Of a stretch of DNA of 64,000 nt, positions 20,187 to 30,610 are shown piece by piece. The translations under genes were made by a program, and so were the position numbers. The DNA is from Giardia intestinalis (lineage: Eukaryota), in the NCBI GenBank assembly GCA_000002435.2, contig CM018792.1; one strand, 5' to 3'. The notes below the pieces were generated by a model, which was given only the letters and a program-made list of their open reading frames with translations, was not told where the DNA came from and did no database searches. Each line of letters starts with the position of its first letter. Within the stretch, counting starts at the first letter, position 1.

Positions 20187-23100
20187 ATGATCAATATGGT
20201 CCCCGACTCTCTCTTCTTGCGCATCGTCCAAGGATCGGTGTTGCTAGCGTCGGAAACTAAAGGCTGTGCCCTCAAGTCTCTTCCTATAATTTGCAATGAA
20301 ATTGTCTGCGCAAGGTGTCGGCGTGTTTCTATCCTTGTACGTTCATACAGCTGCGGGCACTGCCTTTGCCTGGAGTGCTCTCCTTTAAGCAACCTGATTT
20401 GTGTTTGCTGCAAAGACTTCATCCAAGACAGCGTAATGTTAGTGTCGCCGGTCGACAGACTTCTCAGTGCGCTGAATGCAGCTATCCAGTGTCCGCACAA
20501 TAAGAGCTGTCGGGCATATTATAGTTTGTCTGCCTATTTGATGCACCTCCACACTGCCCATTATTCTAGAGCATATCTTGCTGACTCTTCGTCACAGAAA
20601 ACAGCCACGGCTATAGCCCCTTTAGAAAATGGGCGCCCTGGTCATGAGATGATACTTGTTGATAGCCAGTCTCCACAGGCGGTGGAGTCTGTTATCGAGC
20701 TACTTTGCACCACTCCGTCCACAGAAAATCTAATGGATGACAGCAAGGCTCTTTATCAACTACAGATAGGAGACAGCGTATTCACTGGCACTCCAGAGGC
20801 ATTACAGAATGACTTTGCCAGGATTGAGGAAGCCATTACCAAATGCTCTGTCTTCTCTCGAAAAGAGTACCAATTCATCGTAGAGAAGACCAGCAAGGCG
20901 TATACCTCCGATGGCGTTCAACAAGGGAAGGCGCTCAACTTTAACATACAGCAGCTTTTTCGGTGGCATATCTATCACTTAGCTGAGCTACCAAATGAGC
21001 TGCAAAAAACCAAGGTCTGCGCGACACTTACTTCTGTTAACTACACACCCCAGTTCTCACATCTTTTCGTCAACTTTATTTGTCAGATGCCTTCTCTCAA
21101 AAGCCTTATCATTGATAACGAAACTTTCCATTTCTCTATATCGACAATCATACAGCTCCAGAATAAAGCCGTACACCTGCGTGAGCTATATATATTTAGT
21201 TGCCATTTTGACATCGACCTTAATATGCTGAGGGAGCTCCGGACTGTATGGCTGCCAACACTAACCACACTGGTCATAGATTTTTCCGTACTCACTAAGG
21301 CGTTCTCTGGCACCTATATATCTATGCTCTCCACCCTTACCTTCATGTACCTCTCAGATTTCATGGGACATGACTACTTAGATTATAGGGCGACAGCCGC
21401 TGCTCCAGGAAAGCGGCAGGGCAAGCAGGGTAGCCTATTGTCAAATCTTTTCTTTAAAAAGCACAGCAGCCCCAGCCCCAAGGACAAGGAAGATAAGAGG
21501 TATAAGCCTTTTGTTTTACAGAAAATAGAGCGGTCTAGCATTCTTTTGAAAAGCGTTTCTGAGAAGCCAAAGACATCTGGAGCCAAGGCACGGGCACTCC
21601 CAGTTCCTATTGCATATGCATCTTATAACCATTCTTCTTCTCGTGAAAACTCTGCCCGTACCAGCGATTGTTCATGCGACAATAACTCCTTCGACAGCAG
21701 CAATGCCCCAAACATATTAGAGGACATCAGATTGAGCGCAACAAGCCCACTAATGATACTCAACTCTTATCACTCGCTTCTCTGCCAACGCTACGGCACA
21801 ACCCTCGGCTTAATCCACTACCCCATCTCCTCGGATCTACCCTTCCTGGGTGCTTGGGGCGAAGAGCCCTCTGGGTTTTTCGGGCTGGTCTTTGATGGGG
21901 TTTCATATGATATCTCCACCGTGGCGCTTAAGCTTATGGAGGACACTGCAATTGAGCCACTGATCCCCTTGGGGGCATTTAGAACCTCTAAGCCCCTCAA
22001 TATTTCATGTCAAGGAGAAGATGGTAAAGGTAAGCGCAAAGAAAAACGAGGACGTCATGAAAAGGGGCAAGACAGCAATCATCTTGCTAAGCACTCCCTC
22101 GCTTATCTGTTCTATACACCCTCTTTTGTTCCTTCCGGCACAGTGACCTTTACGGATTTCTGCAAGTCTTTCACTCCTGAGTGCTTGAATCTCGCTCTTC
22201 TTCTTTTTATATGCAGGTATGATGTCTCGCTGGAACATGTGCGGGTATTAGTGCTTAACTTATCCGAAACCTTAAGTTACAGAAGAAACATTCTTGATTA
22301 TGTGGTCAAGTCGTTGGCCCTGCGTAGTAACGCAGATGTAGAACAGATCCTTGAGTATCGGACAAAGCTCTCGTTTATATCTCGTAGAGATGAGCCTCCA
22401 CCTAAAGGTAGTGAGGCCTCTTTATCTCCTCAATGTGACCCGGACGATTCCACAGGTTATGATGAAAAAGTCGCCTTCTTTCTAGATTCCTTGGTTGCGT
22501 TACTGCCTTACTTGTATAGGATACGGGAGATAAAACTGGGTCCACGCTCTTCAAACATGTCCCTCCTTCTGCCCCCATACAACGGAGCCATTTATGTCTC
22601 TCTTTTGAGGCTGATATTTGTTGCATCGAGACGCCTAATTTCTATTCATCCAGCCATTAATTACATACTCCCTCTTCTCACTGGTGTAGAGCGCTTCAGA
22701 ACGATTGACGTGTTTTACGCCCACGTAAGGTCCGTCTATGAAATGATACGTGGTGAGTATTTTAATACTCATTATCACACGCACACATCTCTCCTGGAAG
22801 ACGGCAAGAAGATCGGAGACCTTGAGATGACAAGCTTAATTGACGATGATCCCAATTGCACAGAGTCACCAGGGGGGACCTTTAATAGTCTATGCAACAT
22901 CACTATCATGACACCTGGTGGGAAGGGCCTGGTTTATGGCAATGAAATTGATGAGGTTCACGTGTCTAGACCCTTTCGGCCTTTCAAATACTCAGTCTCT
23001 TCATTCGACTTTCAGTATGAGATAGAGTCAACCCTACCGCCTGTTCATCCCCAGCAATTGGTAGACTTATATGGACACTCTGGAGGAAGCCTGAAAACTA

Positions 23101-26100
23101 TAGATTCACTAGCCGACGAAACTTATATCTTCTCACACCTGCACCGATTGCTTCAATTGATGCCTCAATCCAACTTTTGTTTTCTTGATTTGCTTCCTCT
23201 CTGCCCGCCCCGCACCGTCGTGTATTGTCTGCAACTTATTAAAGAAGGTAGTGGGTCGTTTTCCTGCTCATCCTTCAACGCCATAGAGATGCTTTCCATT
23301 CCGTGCTCTAAGTTCTTTCTACTTGATACCGTAACAGATCCCACTGTCGTGCTGCTCGATACCTTACAAGAGACTATAGGATATAGAAGGTCTGGGGCCG
23401 GAAACAAATCTGATTCAACTTCTCATAAGCAAAACCGCTATTACAGCTTTGTCAAGTATAAATGTATGCTCGACAAATCTGTCTATGCACAGTCTTTGAT
23501 GGCTCAACACAGATTCATTCGCCATGAGCGGCGTGTCAGACAGCAATACAAACCTTCCATTGTGACCTTATCAAAGCCCCTTGTACTCAACAATTCCTAT
23601 GTCCATTTCTTCTTTAATATAACGCCGAACAGGATTGAAAACTTGTATATGGGACTACGGGCTTTTAACTCAAATAGAAAGCAAAGCGTGGAACAGGTCG
23701 ACTCCTTCAGCATCGACGCTTCTAAGTATATAGCGGAGATAATCAGCAGATTTATTTTGAACTATAGTGACCTTGATTTGCTGAGCTCTGTATGCATCTC
23801 CTCTCCCCTATTAGGAAGGACCATCCAGGAGGGGCATGCATCTAACTTGGATGCTGACGTATCCAATGACAATTCTCTTGTCAATGATGATCTGGCCAGT
23901 CCAATAAAGAAGGAGGTCACTAGAGGTATCCCGGATCCAGCAGACGCTTCTGTTACTCCGGATGAAGCTAAGGACAGTGCTCAGGCACTACCTAATGTGC
24001 TTCCACCTCGACTCCCAACAGCTTCTGCCTCTGCTGTTCCAGCACAGTCTTCTGCAAAAGTCTCAGAAGAAAATAAGAGTAAGCACTCTGACAACGATCC
24101 TTGCTGCTTCGTTGAATCATGCTTGTGCTCATGCGCTGTCCACCAGTCATCTTGCATCTGTACTGGTGGCACAGAGTTCTCGTCTTTAGTCGCTATCCGG
24201 CTTATTTCGTTAACACTATTAAACGTCGATGGCCTGCTATATTCCGATGTTAATCTAATCAATAAAGCAATCTCTGTTAAACTATTACGGCTATTATCGA
24301 AAGATCTAGACTCGCTGCTGCCCACGTATAATACCATGGGATCTCCAAACAGTCGGGGGTATATGTCCTCGAGTCACACGTGTGTAGGTGTGTTTGAAAA
24401 GTATCTAGAAGAGAGTCCTTCACACTTCACAGAACTAGTCACTACGATAGATCGCTTTCTATCCATGCTATTCAGTATTCCTGCACTACATACGGATTCT
24501 ACAATCCTAAATATGATTCTTATGCAACGCAATGCACTGTTTTCACAAGAGTCTTTTCAAGTCCAGAAGGCTCTAGTGTCCGCTCGAGGCACTAAAGATA
24601 AGAGTTCGCAAAAGCAAACCGTGGAAGAGCTCTCACCTGTATCGTGGAGGGTTCCTCGACTGGGACTGCAGTTTGCGCTCAATTTGAAGGGAACGCGCTT
24701 TTCTATTGATTCGTCAGCAGTCGGTACCCTCTCTGAAGTTAAGTCCCAGGTCACAAATACCACAGCGTGTACTTACACTAATTCAATTATAACCATTATC
24801 AAGCGAAGAGATGCGCCAGAGCTTGATATTGATGAGTCTGCACATATAGTTTTCAAGGATCATCCTGCGCCAAAGATCCACACGCTTGACATTCCTTCTA
24901 TTGATGGACTGAGCATAATCACTGCTCTTCACAACGAAGAAGAAGCATGTGCTTCAATCATGGAATCCCCTTGTGCTCAGCAGGCTTTGGCAGAGTCGCT
25001 TTTAGATGCTGGTGGGCCACTTATTGACAAGGAGGCGGTCTTTCTTCAGGACCCCAGTATAGAGTTCCCAACTGTGCTACCCGAAGACTCGCCTTACCAG
25101 GTGACTCCAAATCTCAGGAGCTACGTGGCGTCTCAGCGCCCTGTGGCTCTTCTAACGATCTGCAAGCCTTTATTATACTACTACATGATCTTTAAAGTGC
25201 TTATAGGAGAAAGCTTAAAAAAAGGCGAGTCTTTCTCTCCATTTGACGGGCAAGGAAATACTATTCTTATCGATTCACCTAGCTGCTCTCTTTCAGACCT
25301 TATTGTTCTTCCAATTGGAGGTGCGTCGTTTAAGCCTAACACATGTAGCATTTTCAGCATTTGCAAATCAGCAATACTCACACAAAACTTATTTAGGTGG
25401 CCTTCTCAGGCGGATCTGAATGTGCTAGATGTCCCGAAGCGTCTGAGTACGAAGTACCGATTGCCACAGAACAGCTCTAATCTCAGTGAGCACTCACACA
25501 CTAGCATAGATGCATATCCTTCTGATAACACAGAGGAGATCATCGTGTCTATCTATTTTGCTTATCAACTGCTCTATACTCTCTACAAACGGCCTCCCAG
25601 CACCACCGCACAGCATTTCTGCCTAAAGAAACCCAAGATTGCTCTAATCTATGGATCTGGAAAGTTGTTCAAGTGTGTAGACACCGTTATATCAGCTAAA
25701 TTGCTAGCATTCCTGCTCACGCTCCTTGCCACTGGCGTGCTGACAGACGTCATAGTAGACTCTGACGTTCTCCTACGCTACTTCCCAACTTCCATGGCAT
25801 ACAACGCTTTTATTCTCAACGGATCCATAGTCTCTAAGCTGTACAGGAATGGAAGCCTTGTTTTAGGATGGGATGCTGTTCGAGAGGGTGTTGATATTCC
25901 CTTTGCACTGTACTTGCAGCTTTTCCATGAGATTGGCACCACTAAGCTATCGGCAGAAAGCACTAAGCCTCTCACGTATCTAGACCTGAGTGGCACGCTT
26001 ACAACTGTGCAATCCCATAGTATCTATGACTATCACAACTACTCTGAGTCTCAGTTTGCCGAGTTTCTCAAGAATATTTCCACCCTCGATCAGACTATAG

Positions 26101-26747
26101 GGTTTCGGACGCTCATTCTTCCCACAAAGGTGCTTTCCCTCTCTGACCTTAGAAGGATCTATCGCCTTGCAGATATTGTATCCACTTCGCTTGCATGCAC
26201 GCGACTGCACAATATTGTATTCTCTAGTGTTTGCAGCATCTTCAAGCTGGTCGATGATGGACCAGAGGCAAATGCCGAGCTGCCCGCGAACCAATTCAAC
26301 CCACGTACCCAGATAAGGTCCCTATTTGCACTAAAACAAAACAAATGCTCAACCCTACACGTTTACAATAGAAACTGGAAGGACGCTATATCTTTCTTAA
26401 TCCACGTAGGCTCCAAATCCAAAGCACTATTTACCAGAGTGTGCACGCTAGACTTTTCTCCTCCAGAAGATGACTCGGGAGACAAATCTGTGGTCATATC
26501 CGGGTTGTTTGATCAAACAGTTTCATCATTAGTACTCCAGCTGATATCACTGTGCATAGGCGTCGATAGGCTTGTAATACCGCCACCCTCGGTGAGCGAG
26601 GAAAGGGAGTCTGATATTCAAGTGCTCAAGAAGTGGGTAGAAAAAGCTAACGAAATGAAGAAACTGCAAGAGGTGGTTCTCAATCCTCCAAACAAAGATA
26701 TAGCCTCTGAGCTGAGGCAATCTTTTTGCCATTTGTGCATCGGTTAA
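20187..26747 (+). CDS. Giant hypothetical protein (2186 aa) with N-terminal RING-type zinc finger (putative E3 ligase)
   Basis: ATG start. CARC-x11-CGHCLCLEC-x7-CVCC fits the C3HC4 RING spacing. 6.5-kb uninterrupted frame. Rest of the protein has no recognisable domains. Confidence 0.5.
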   Translation: MINMVPDSLFLRIVQGSVLLASETKGCALKSLPIICNEIVCARCRRVSILVRSYSCGHCLCLECSPLSNLICVCCKDFIQDSVMLVSPVDRLLSALNAAIQCPHNKSCRAYYSLSAYLMHLHTAHYSRAYLADSSSQKTATAIAPLENGRPGHEMILVDSQSPQAVESVIELLCTTPSTENLMDDSKALYQLQIGDSVFTGTPEALQNDFARIEEAITKCSVFSRKEYQFIVEKTSKAYTSDGVQQGKALNFNIQQLFRWHIYHLAELPNELQKTKVCATLTSVNYTPQFSHLFVNFICQMPSLKSLIIDNETFHFSISTIIQLQNKAVHLRELYIFSCHFDIDLNMLRELRTVWLPTLTTLVIDFSVLTKAFSGTYISMLSTLTFMYLSDFMGHDYLDYRATAAAPGKRQGKQGSLLSNLFFKKHSSPSPKDKEDKRYKPFVLQKIERSSILLKSVSEKPKTSGAKARALPVPIAYASYNHSSSRENSARTSDCSCDNNSFDSSNAPNILEDIRLSATSPLMILNSYHSLLCQRYGTTLGLIHYPISSDLPFLGAWGEEPSGFFGLVFDGVSYDISTVALKLMEDTAIEPLIPLGAFRTSKPLNISCQGEDGKGKRKEKRGRHEKGQDSNHLAKHSLAYLFYTPSFVPSGTVTFTDFCKSFTPECLNLALLLFICRYDVSLEHVRVLVLNLSETLSYRRNILDYVVKSLALRSNADVEQILEYRTKLSFISRRDEPPPKGSEASLSPQCDPDDSTGYDEKVAFFLDSLVALLPYLYRIREIKLGPRSSNMSLLLPPYNGAIYVSLLRLIFVASRRLISIHPAINYILPLLTGVERFRTIDVFYAHVRSVYEMIRGEYFNTHYHTHTSLLEDGKKIGDLEMTSLIDDDPNCTESPGGTFNSLCNITIMTPGGKGLVYGNEIDEVHVSRPFRPFKYSVSSFDFQYEIESTLPPVHPQQLVDLYGHSGGSLKTIDSLADETYIFSHLHRLLQLMPQSNFCFLDLLPLCPPRTVVYCLQLIKEGSGSFSCSSFNAIEMLSIPCSKFFLLDTVTDPTVVLLDTLQETIGYRRSGAGNKSDSTSHKQNRYYSFVKYKCMLDKSVYAQSLMAQHRFIRHERRVRQQYKPSIVTLSKPLVLNNSYVHFFFNITPNRIENLYMGLRAFNSNRKQSVEQVDSFSIDASKYIAEIISRFILNYSDLDLLSSVCISSPLLGRTIQEGHASNLDADVSNDNSLVNDDLASPIKKEVTRGIPDPADASVTPDEAKDSAQALPNVLPPRLPTASASAVPAQSSAKVSEENKSKHSDNDPCCFVESCLCSCAVHQSSCICTGGTEFSSLVAIRLISLTLLNVDGLLYSDVNLINKAISVKLLRLLSKDLDSLLPTYNTMGSPNSRGYMSSSHTCVGVFEKYLEESPSHFTELVTTIDRFLSMLFSIPALHTDSTILNMILMQRNALFSQESFQVQKALVSARGTKDKSSQKQTVEELSPVSWRVPRLGLQFALNLKGTRFSIDSSAVGTLSEVKSQVTNTTACTYTNSIITIIKRRDAPELDIDESAHIVFKDHPAPKIHTLDIPSIDGLSIITALHNEEEACASIMESPCAQQALAESLLDAGGPLIDKEAVFLQDPSIEFPTVLPEDSPYQVTPNLRSYVASQRPVALLTICKPLLYYYMIFKVLIGESLKKGESFSPFDGQGNTILIDSPSCSLSDLIVLPIGGASFKPNTCSIFSICKSAILTQNLFRWPSQADLNVLDVPKRLSTKYRLPQNSSNLSEHSHTSIDAYPSDNTEEIIVSIYFAYQLLYTLYKRPPSTTAQHFCLKKPKIALIYGSGKLFKCVDTVISAKLLAFLLTLLATGVLTDVIVDSDVLLRYFPTSMAYNAFILNGSIVSKLYRNGSLVLGWDAVREGVDIPFALYLQLFHEIGTTKLSAESTKPLTYLDLSGTLTTVQSHSIYDYHNYSESQFAEFLKNISTLDQTIGFRTLILPTKVLSLSDLRRIYRLADIVSTSLACTRLHNIVFSSVCSIFKLVDDGPEANAELPANQFNPRTQIRSLFALKQNKCSTLHVYNRNWKDAISFLIHVGSKSKALFTRVCTLDFSPPEDDSGDKSVVISGLFDQTVSSLVLQLISLCIGVDRLVIPPPSVSEERESDIQVLKKWVEKANEMKKLQEVVLNPPNKDIASELRQSFCHLCIG

Positions 26748-26760
26748 GATGCCTATGGGC

Positions 26761-28257
26761 TCATTGGAAAAGAATATTTAGAACATATTCAAGATTACCA
26801 CCGTATTGAGAAAGCAACTGAAGGACTTCTTCGTCTCTTCCATAGATTCCCATTGAATGAACCTCATCGAGCTCTTTGGTGAATCGTTGACGAAGCTGGT
26901 CTAGAGTAGAAGAAAAGCTGTTTTCTGATTGGGTACGTGGCTGACTCATTTGTCTATTATTACTAGTGCTAGATGTCCCCGTGTTCAGATAGCGATCCAT
27001 GACACTTGATAGCAGGTCAGGGTTGTTAAGGAGCTCTGTCACATAAGGAGAATTCCCGAATTGCTGTCTAATCATGTGCTGAAATAGAGGGCTATTAAAC
27101 TGTTGCCTGATCAGCTCTGGGTTTCTCGCCATCTCACGAAACATCTCTGCCATCATGGGATTGGACCTGATAAGGTCCATCATCGCATCTGGATTTATGG
27201 CACCAAAGCCCCTGGAGCCCAGCCCGCCATCTTGAACGGTTGGGGGTGGAAAGATTGGCCCCTCAACGATCTCATTCTGCAACATCTGAGAGTATGTCAT
27301 TGGAAAACCTGACTCCGAGAAGCGCGGATTGGTTCGTCCAAGAGTATACGAAAATAGACCTTCCTGGGATGCAGCGTTGAATAAGTTAGTGAACAGCGAA
27401 TTGCTCTCGCTGTTGAATAGGTTCTGCAAATATTCGTAAGCCCTAAGGCTGTCTGCACGCTGCTCCTCCGTCGGCTCATCCGCATCTTGCGACCTGTTCA
27501 ACCCAAATAGGTCTATCGGAGGGCGCTCCATCGACTGGAGGTTGGCCTGTAGGCGATTCATATCATGGCGCAGACGTTCAAGCATGGCAGCGCCACCCGG
27601 CGTTGTCGACATTTGAGTGATGGAGCTATCCACGTCGCGCAAAGCAGCCTGAAGCTTATCGGGGTTGCACATTAGTTCAGTAAACATTTCAATTGCCTCG
27701 GGGCTCTGCATATGTGCCGCAAGCTCTGGGTTACTCTGGAGCATCTCTCGCATCATAGGACTGTTGATAATGTGTTGCCTAACGAAGTCCTTGTTACCCA
27801 ATAAGGATCTAACCATAGGATTTCCCGAGAGTAGAGAAAATACAGAGTCCATAGAATTCATGTTAGCATTAGAAAATAAGTCTCCCGGGGCGGCTGGGAA
27901 CTGTGGCTGTTGCTGTTGCTGCTGTGGCTGTGATTGAGGGGCGGTTGACTGAAAAGGCGCGGGTTGCTGAGTTTGCTCAGCAGAAACCGGCGGTGCAGTC
28001 TGTGCTGGCGTCGGGACCGCGATCTTTGCTTTCTTTACCGATATGTGGATAACACTACCGCTAGAAATCCCAAAATGACTGAGAGGCTTGGAACCAACAA
28101 GCATCTGTCCGCTGTAAATAAGACGCACCAAAGATGGGTCGACAGACAGTTTCAAGCCAACCTGGGTGCGTAAATCATCAACAAGAGCAGTGTCCGGCAC
28201 AGAAAGCTCGAAGTCGACGCTCTTGTCCAGGGGGTTCTTGATGCATAGGTCTAACAT
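26761..28257 (-). CDS. Ubiquilin/Dsk2-like protein (UBL-STI1 repeats-UBA)
   Basis: N-terminal ubiquitin-like domain (..LVRLIYSGQMLVGSKPLSHFGISSGSVIHISV). Central STI1-like repeats (NPELAAHMQSPEAIEMF, NPELIRQQFNSPLFQHM). C-terminal UBA domain (MGIYGRDEEVLQLLSQYGGNLEYVLNILFQ). The ORF-track start at 28275 is TTG; the first ATG is at 28257 (MLDLCIK). Confidence 0.75.
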   Translation of the reverse strand: MLDLCIKNPLDKSVDFELSVPDTALVDDLRTQVGLKLSVDPSLVRLIYSGQMLVGSKPLSHFGISSGSVIHISVKKAKIAVPTPAQTAPPVSAEQTQQPAPFQSTAPQSQPQQQQQQPQFPAAPGDLFSNANMNSMDSVFSLLSGNPMVRSLLGNKDFVRQHIINSPMMREMLQSNPELAAHMQSPEAIEMFTELMCNPDKLQAALRDVDSSITQMSTTPGGAAMLERLRHDMNRLQANLQSMERPPIDLFGLNRSQDADEPTEEQRADSLRAYEYLQNLFNSESNSLFTNLFNAASQEGLFSYTLGRTNPRFSESGFPMTYSQMLQNEIVEGPIFPPPTVQDGGLGSRGFGAINPDAMMDLIRSNPMMAEMFREMARNPELIRQQFNSPLFQHMIRQQFGNSPYVTELLNNPDLLSSVMDRYLNTGTSSTSNNRQMSQPRTQSENSFSSTLDQLRQRFTKELDEVHSMGIYGRDEEVLQLLSQYGGNLEYVLNILFQ

Positions 28258-28317
28258 TTTAAAATGAAAAGCCAAAATTTGAACCGTATGAACCTAATGC
28301 GGTCAGTGTTCGTCGGT

Positions 28318-29310
28318 CTATTGAAGATCCCACATTCGCAAAGACTCAGAGCTGGGGTATGACGATGTGTCTTGTTTTTCAATAAGGTCCAATTGCCCAG
28401 TTCGTGTAAGTCCTAATAAGCAGCAGCCCGACACTGCATCAGCAACGTTGATGCAAAAGGAGGGTGTCACGATGAAGTCTTGATAGACGCATGCGAGCGT
28501 AGTGATTGCGTTGGTAGGAAACCGTGTGGTACTGTGAGCAATAATCCCTTTACTTATGTCGATAATGTAGAAGCAGCCAGCATAATTCCCGATGCCAGAA
28601 ATTACGATCAATAAGAACTCATATGGCAAAAGTACGTGATTATAAATTCCGCTCAATTTGGGCAGAAGCCACTTGCGGGCCGGCGTTAAAGTAATGCTAA
28701 TCCAGCGGGCATCGACGGGGTTATGCCTGTTGTATACAAATTCCCAGAGATCGCTAAAGGATTTCTTTCCGTTTGTTCCCCCGTGCAAAAAGACGCGGTC
28801 GTTAGCAACAGCCATTGCGTGCCCGTATCGTCTCGACGGCCTTTGCGTTTCCGCTCTTTGCAACTCGACAACAGTTCCCTCGTGGAGATCGACTATGTGT
28901 GTATCATTTAGGATGTCAGTTAATATTGTCCGTCCTCCAAAGATCAGCAGGTGTGTATCAGAAAGGAGTGCAATAGCATGCTCCCGCCGTGGCAAGTGAG
29001 GGGCGGCGACGGCCCGCAATGCAGTGCCAGAAAATATCAAAAGATCGCCCAACACCTTCTTCTCCTGCCTGTTGTACCCTCCATGAATGACTGCAATCTT
29101 TCCATTGCACGCAGAGGCTGTTAATATGCGGTTCCGTAGCAGTGGCGCACGCGCATAAAGAACAAACCGAAGCTCCCCGACAAGTGTGTAGTAAATCTCA
29201 TTGTACACTGTGGTGATGAATATGCGATGGTCAATGCTGAACATCTCCCCTTGAGACTCCGCGAATACACGTTCGTGCGTCTTGATCAGGCTATAAGGAA
29301 CGGGCTCCAT
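28318..29310 (-). CDS. Kelch-repeat (beta-propeller) protein
   Basis: Repeated Kelch-type blocks with GG doublets and conserved aromatic/Arg positions: IAVIHGGYN, HLLIFGGRT, RRYGHAMAVANDRVFLHGGTNGKKSFSDLWEF. Confidence 0.55.
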   Translation of the reverse strand: MEPVPYSLIKTHERVFAESQGEMFSIDHRIFITTVYNEIYYTLVGELRFVLYARAPLLRNRILTASACNGKIAVIHGGYNRQEKKVLGDLLIFSGTALRAVAAPHLPRREHAIALLSDTHLLIFGGRTILTDILNDTHIVDLHEGTVVELQRAETQRPSRRYGHAMAVANDRVFLHGGTNGKKSFSDLWEFVYNRHNPVDARWISITLTPARKWLLPKLSGIYNHVLLPYEFLLIVISGIGNYAGCFYIIDISKGIIAHSTTRFPTNAITTLACVYQDFIVTPSFCINVADAVSGCCLLGLTRTGQLDLIEKQDTSSYPSSESLRMWDLQ

Positions 29311-29412
29311 GAGCCACCAATTTTTGTCACTTTTGTTACCTTGTTACGGTTGATAGTATCTACGAGATTTACTACTGTGCGAGAGCAATCTCTCATTTGT
29401 TTCTTGCTAGGG

Positions 29413-30561
29413 TCAGCCGTCTATGGATTGAATTGGTTGCCATTTCTCAATGGGTCTACGACAGATCGGGCAGTCCCTTCGATTCATATCCACAAGCCTG
29501 TTTGAGCACTCTACACAGGCACACTTGTGGCCACATGGCAAGCACTCCATTGTACAGCAAGCGTCAAGACAGATGGAGCATTGCCCCAGCTTGTCCTCCT
29601 GACCTTTATACTTCTTCTCCAGAAGAAATTGAAGACCGTTCCCGGCCAGCAGACTCATGCACTCCTTGTTGTCTAATTGCTTGGCTATCTGATAGGGAGT
29701 TACCCCAGCAACGTTTTTCATGTCGTATTCGCGTTCAATTAATAGCTTAATGGACTCAATGGACCCCTTCTGCGTTGCAAACATGAGCGCGAACCAACCA
29801 TCGGGCCGTGACAACCGAGCCTCAGCATCCAGAAGCTCGCGTACGCACTCATGCTTATTGGCAAGAGCTGCACGCATGAGCGCTGTGAGACCGTTGGAGT
29901 CAGTCAGGGTGCTTTCCTTCTGGAGTAACAAGGGTATTACATTGGAGTTTCCATGGGAGGCTGCAAACATCAGCGCAGTCAAGCCGCAATTATCCTGCCG
30001 CCCACCATACTCCTCCAGATACGCCGCGACCTCATCTCGATCGCCCTTACACGCAGCTTCCATAAGCGGCGTCAGCCCCATTGCTTCCTTCTCCAGTGCC
30101 AATAGCTTTTCAACCAGTTCCGTGTTCTTAATGAAGATAGCGAAGTTAAGGGCGCACAATTTGGTTGTGGTGGTCAGACAGGCCTCCGTATCTTTAAGGA
30201 GGTCAACGATGCTTCCGTGCTTATAGACAGTGGCGTAGATAAGAGCGGACCACCCGTCCTTGTCCTGCATACGTGCCTCCTTCTGCATGAGCAACTTTGC
30301 CGAGTTATAGTTCCCTAGGCGAGCAGCATGCATAAGTGCCGTGCGCTTCATGGCATCTCTCATCCCGGCCTCGTGCTCAAGAAGTAAAGGAATAACGTCA
30401 GATGAGTCTCGCATGGCTGCAATAATGAGGGCCGTGTTGCCCACACTATTGACGGAGCCGGCCTTATCTATATGATTTTTAACATTCGCCACGTTATTGT
30501 GAGCCGCAGCAACCATAAGACTGGTGTCCCCTAGAAGCTCCACATATCTGGGCTGTGCCAT
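29413..30561 (-). CDS. Ankyrin-repeat protein with C-terminal C3HC4 RING finger (putative E3 ubiquitin ligase)
   Basis: About 9 ankyrin repeats (G.TALM.AA..G....V..LL). C-terminal CSICLDACCTMECLPCGHKCACVECSNRLVDMNRRDCPICRRPI is a MIB/IAP-type RING. Confidence 0.8.
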   Translation of the reverse strand: MAQPRYVELLGDTSLMVAAAHNNVANVKNHIDKAGSVNSVGNTALIIAAMRDSSDVIPLLLEHEAGMRDAMKRTALMHAARLGNYNSAKLLMQKEARMQDKDGWSALIYATVYKHGSIVDLLKDTEACLTTTTKLCALNFAIFIKNTELVEKLLALEKEAMGLTPLMEAACKGDRDEVAAYLEEYGGRQDNCGLTALMFAASHGNSNVIPLLLQKESTLTDSNGLTALMRAALANKHECVRELLDAEARLSRPDGWFALMFATQKGSIESIKLLIEREYDMKNVAGVTPYQIAKQLDNKECMSLLAGNGLQFLLEKKYKGQEDKLGQCSICLDACCTMECLPCGHKCACVECSNRLVDMNRRDCPICRRPIEKWQPIQSIDG

Positions 30562-30610
30562 GGAATGATTGGCAGAAAGCGAAAGTTTTTTGTGATTCTA
30601 ATCTACCATT

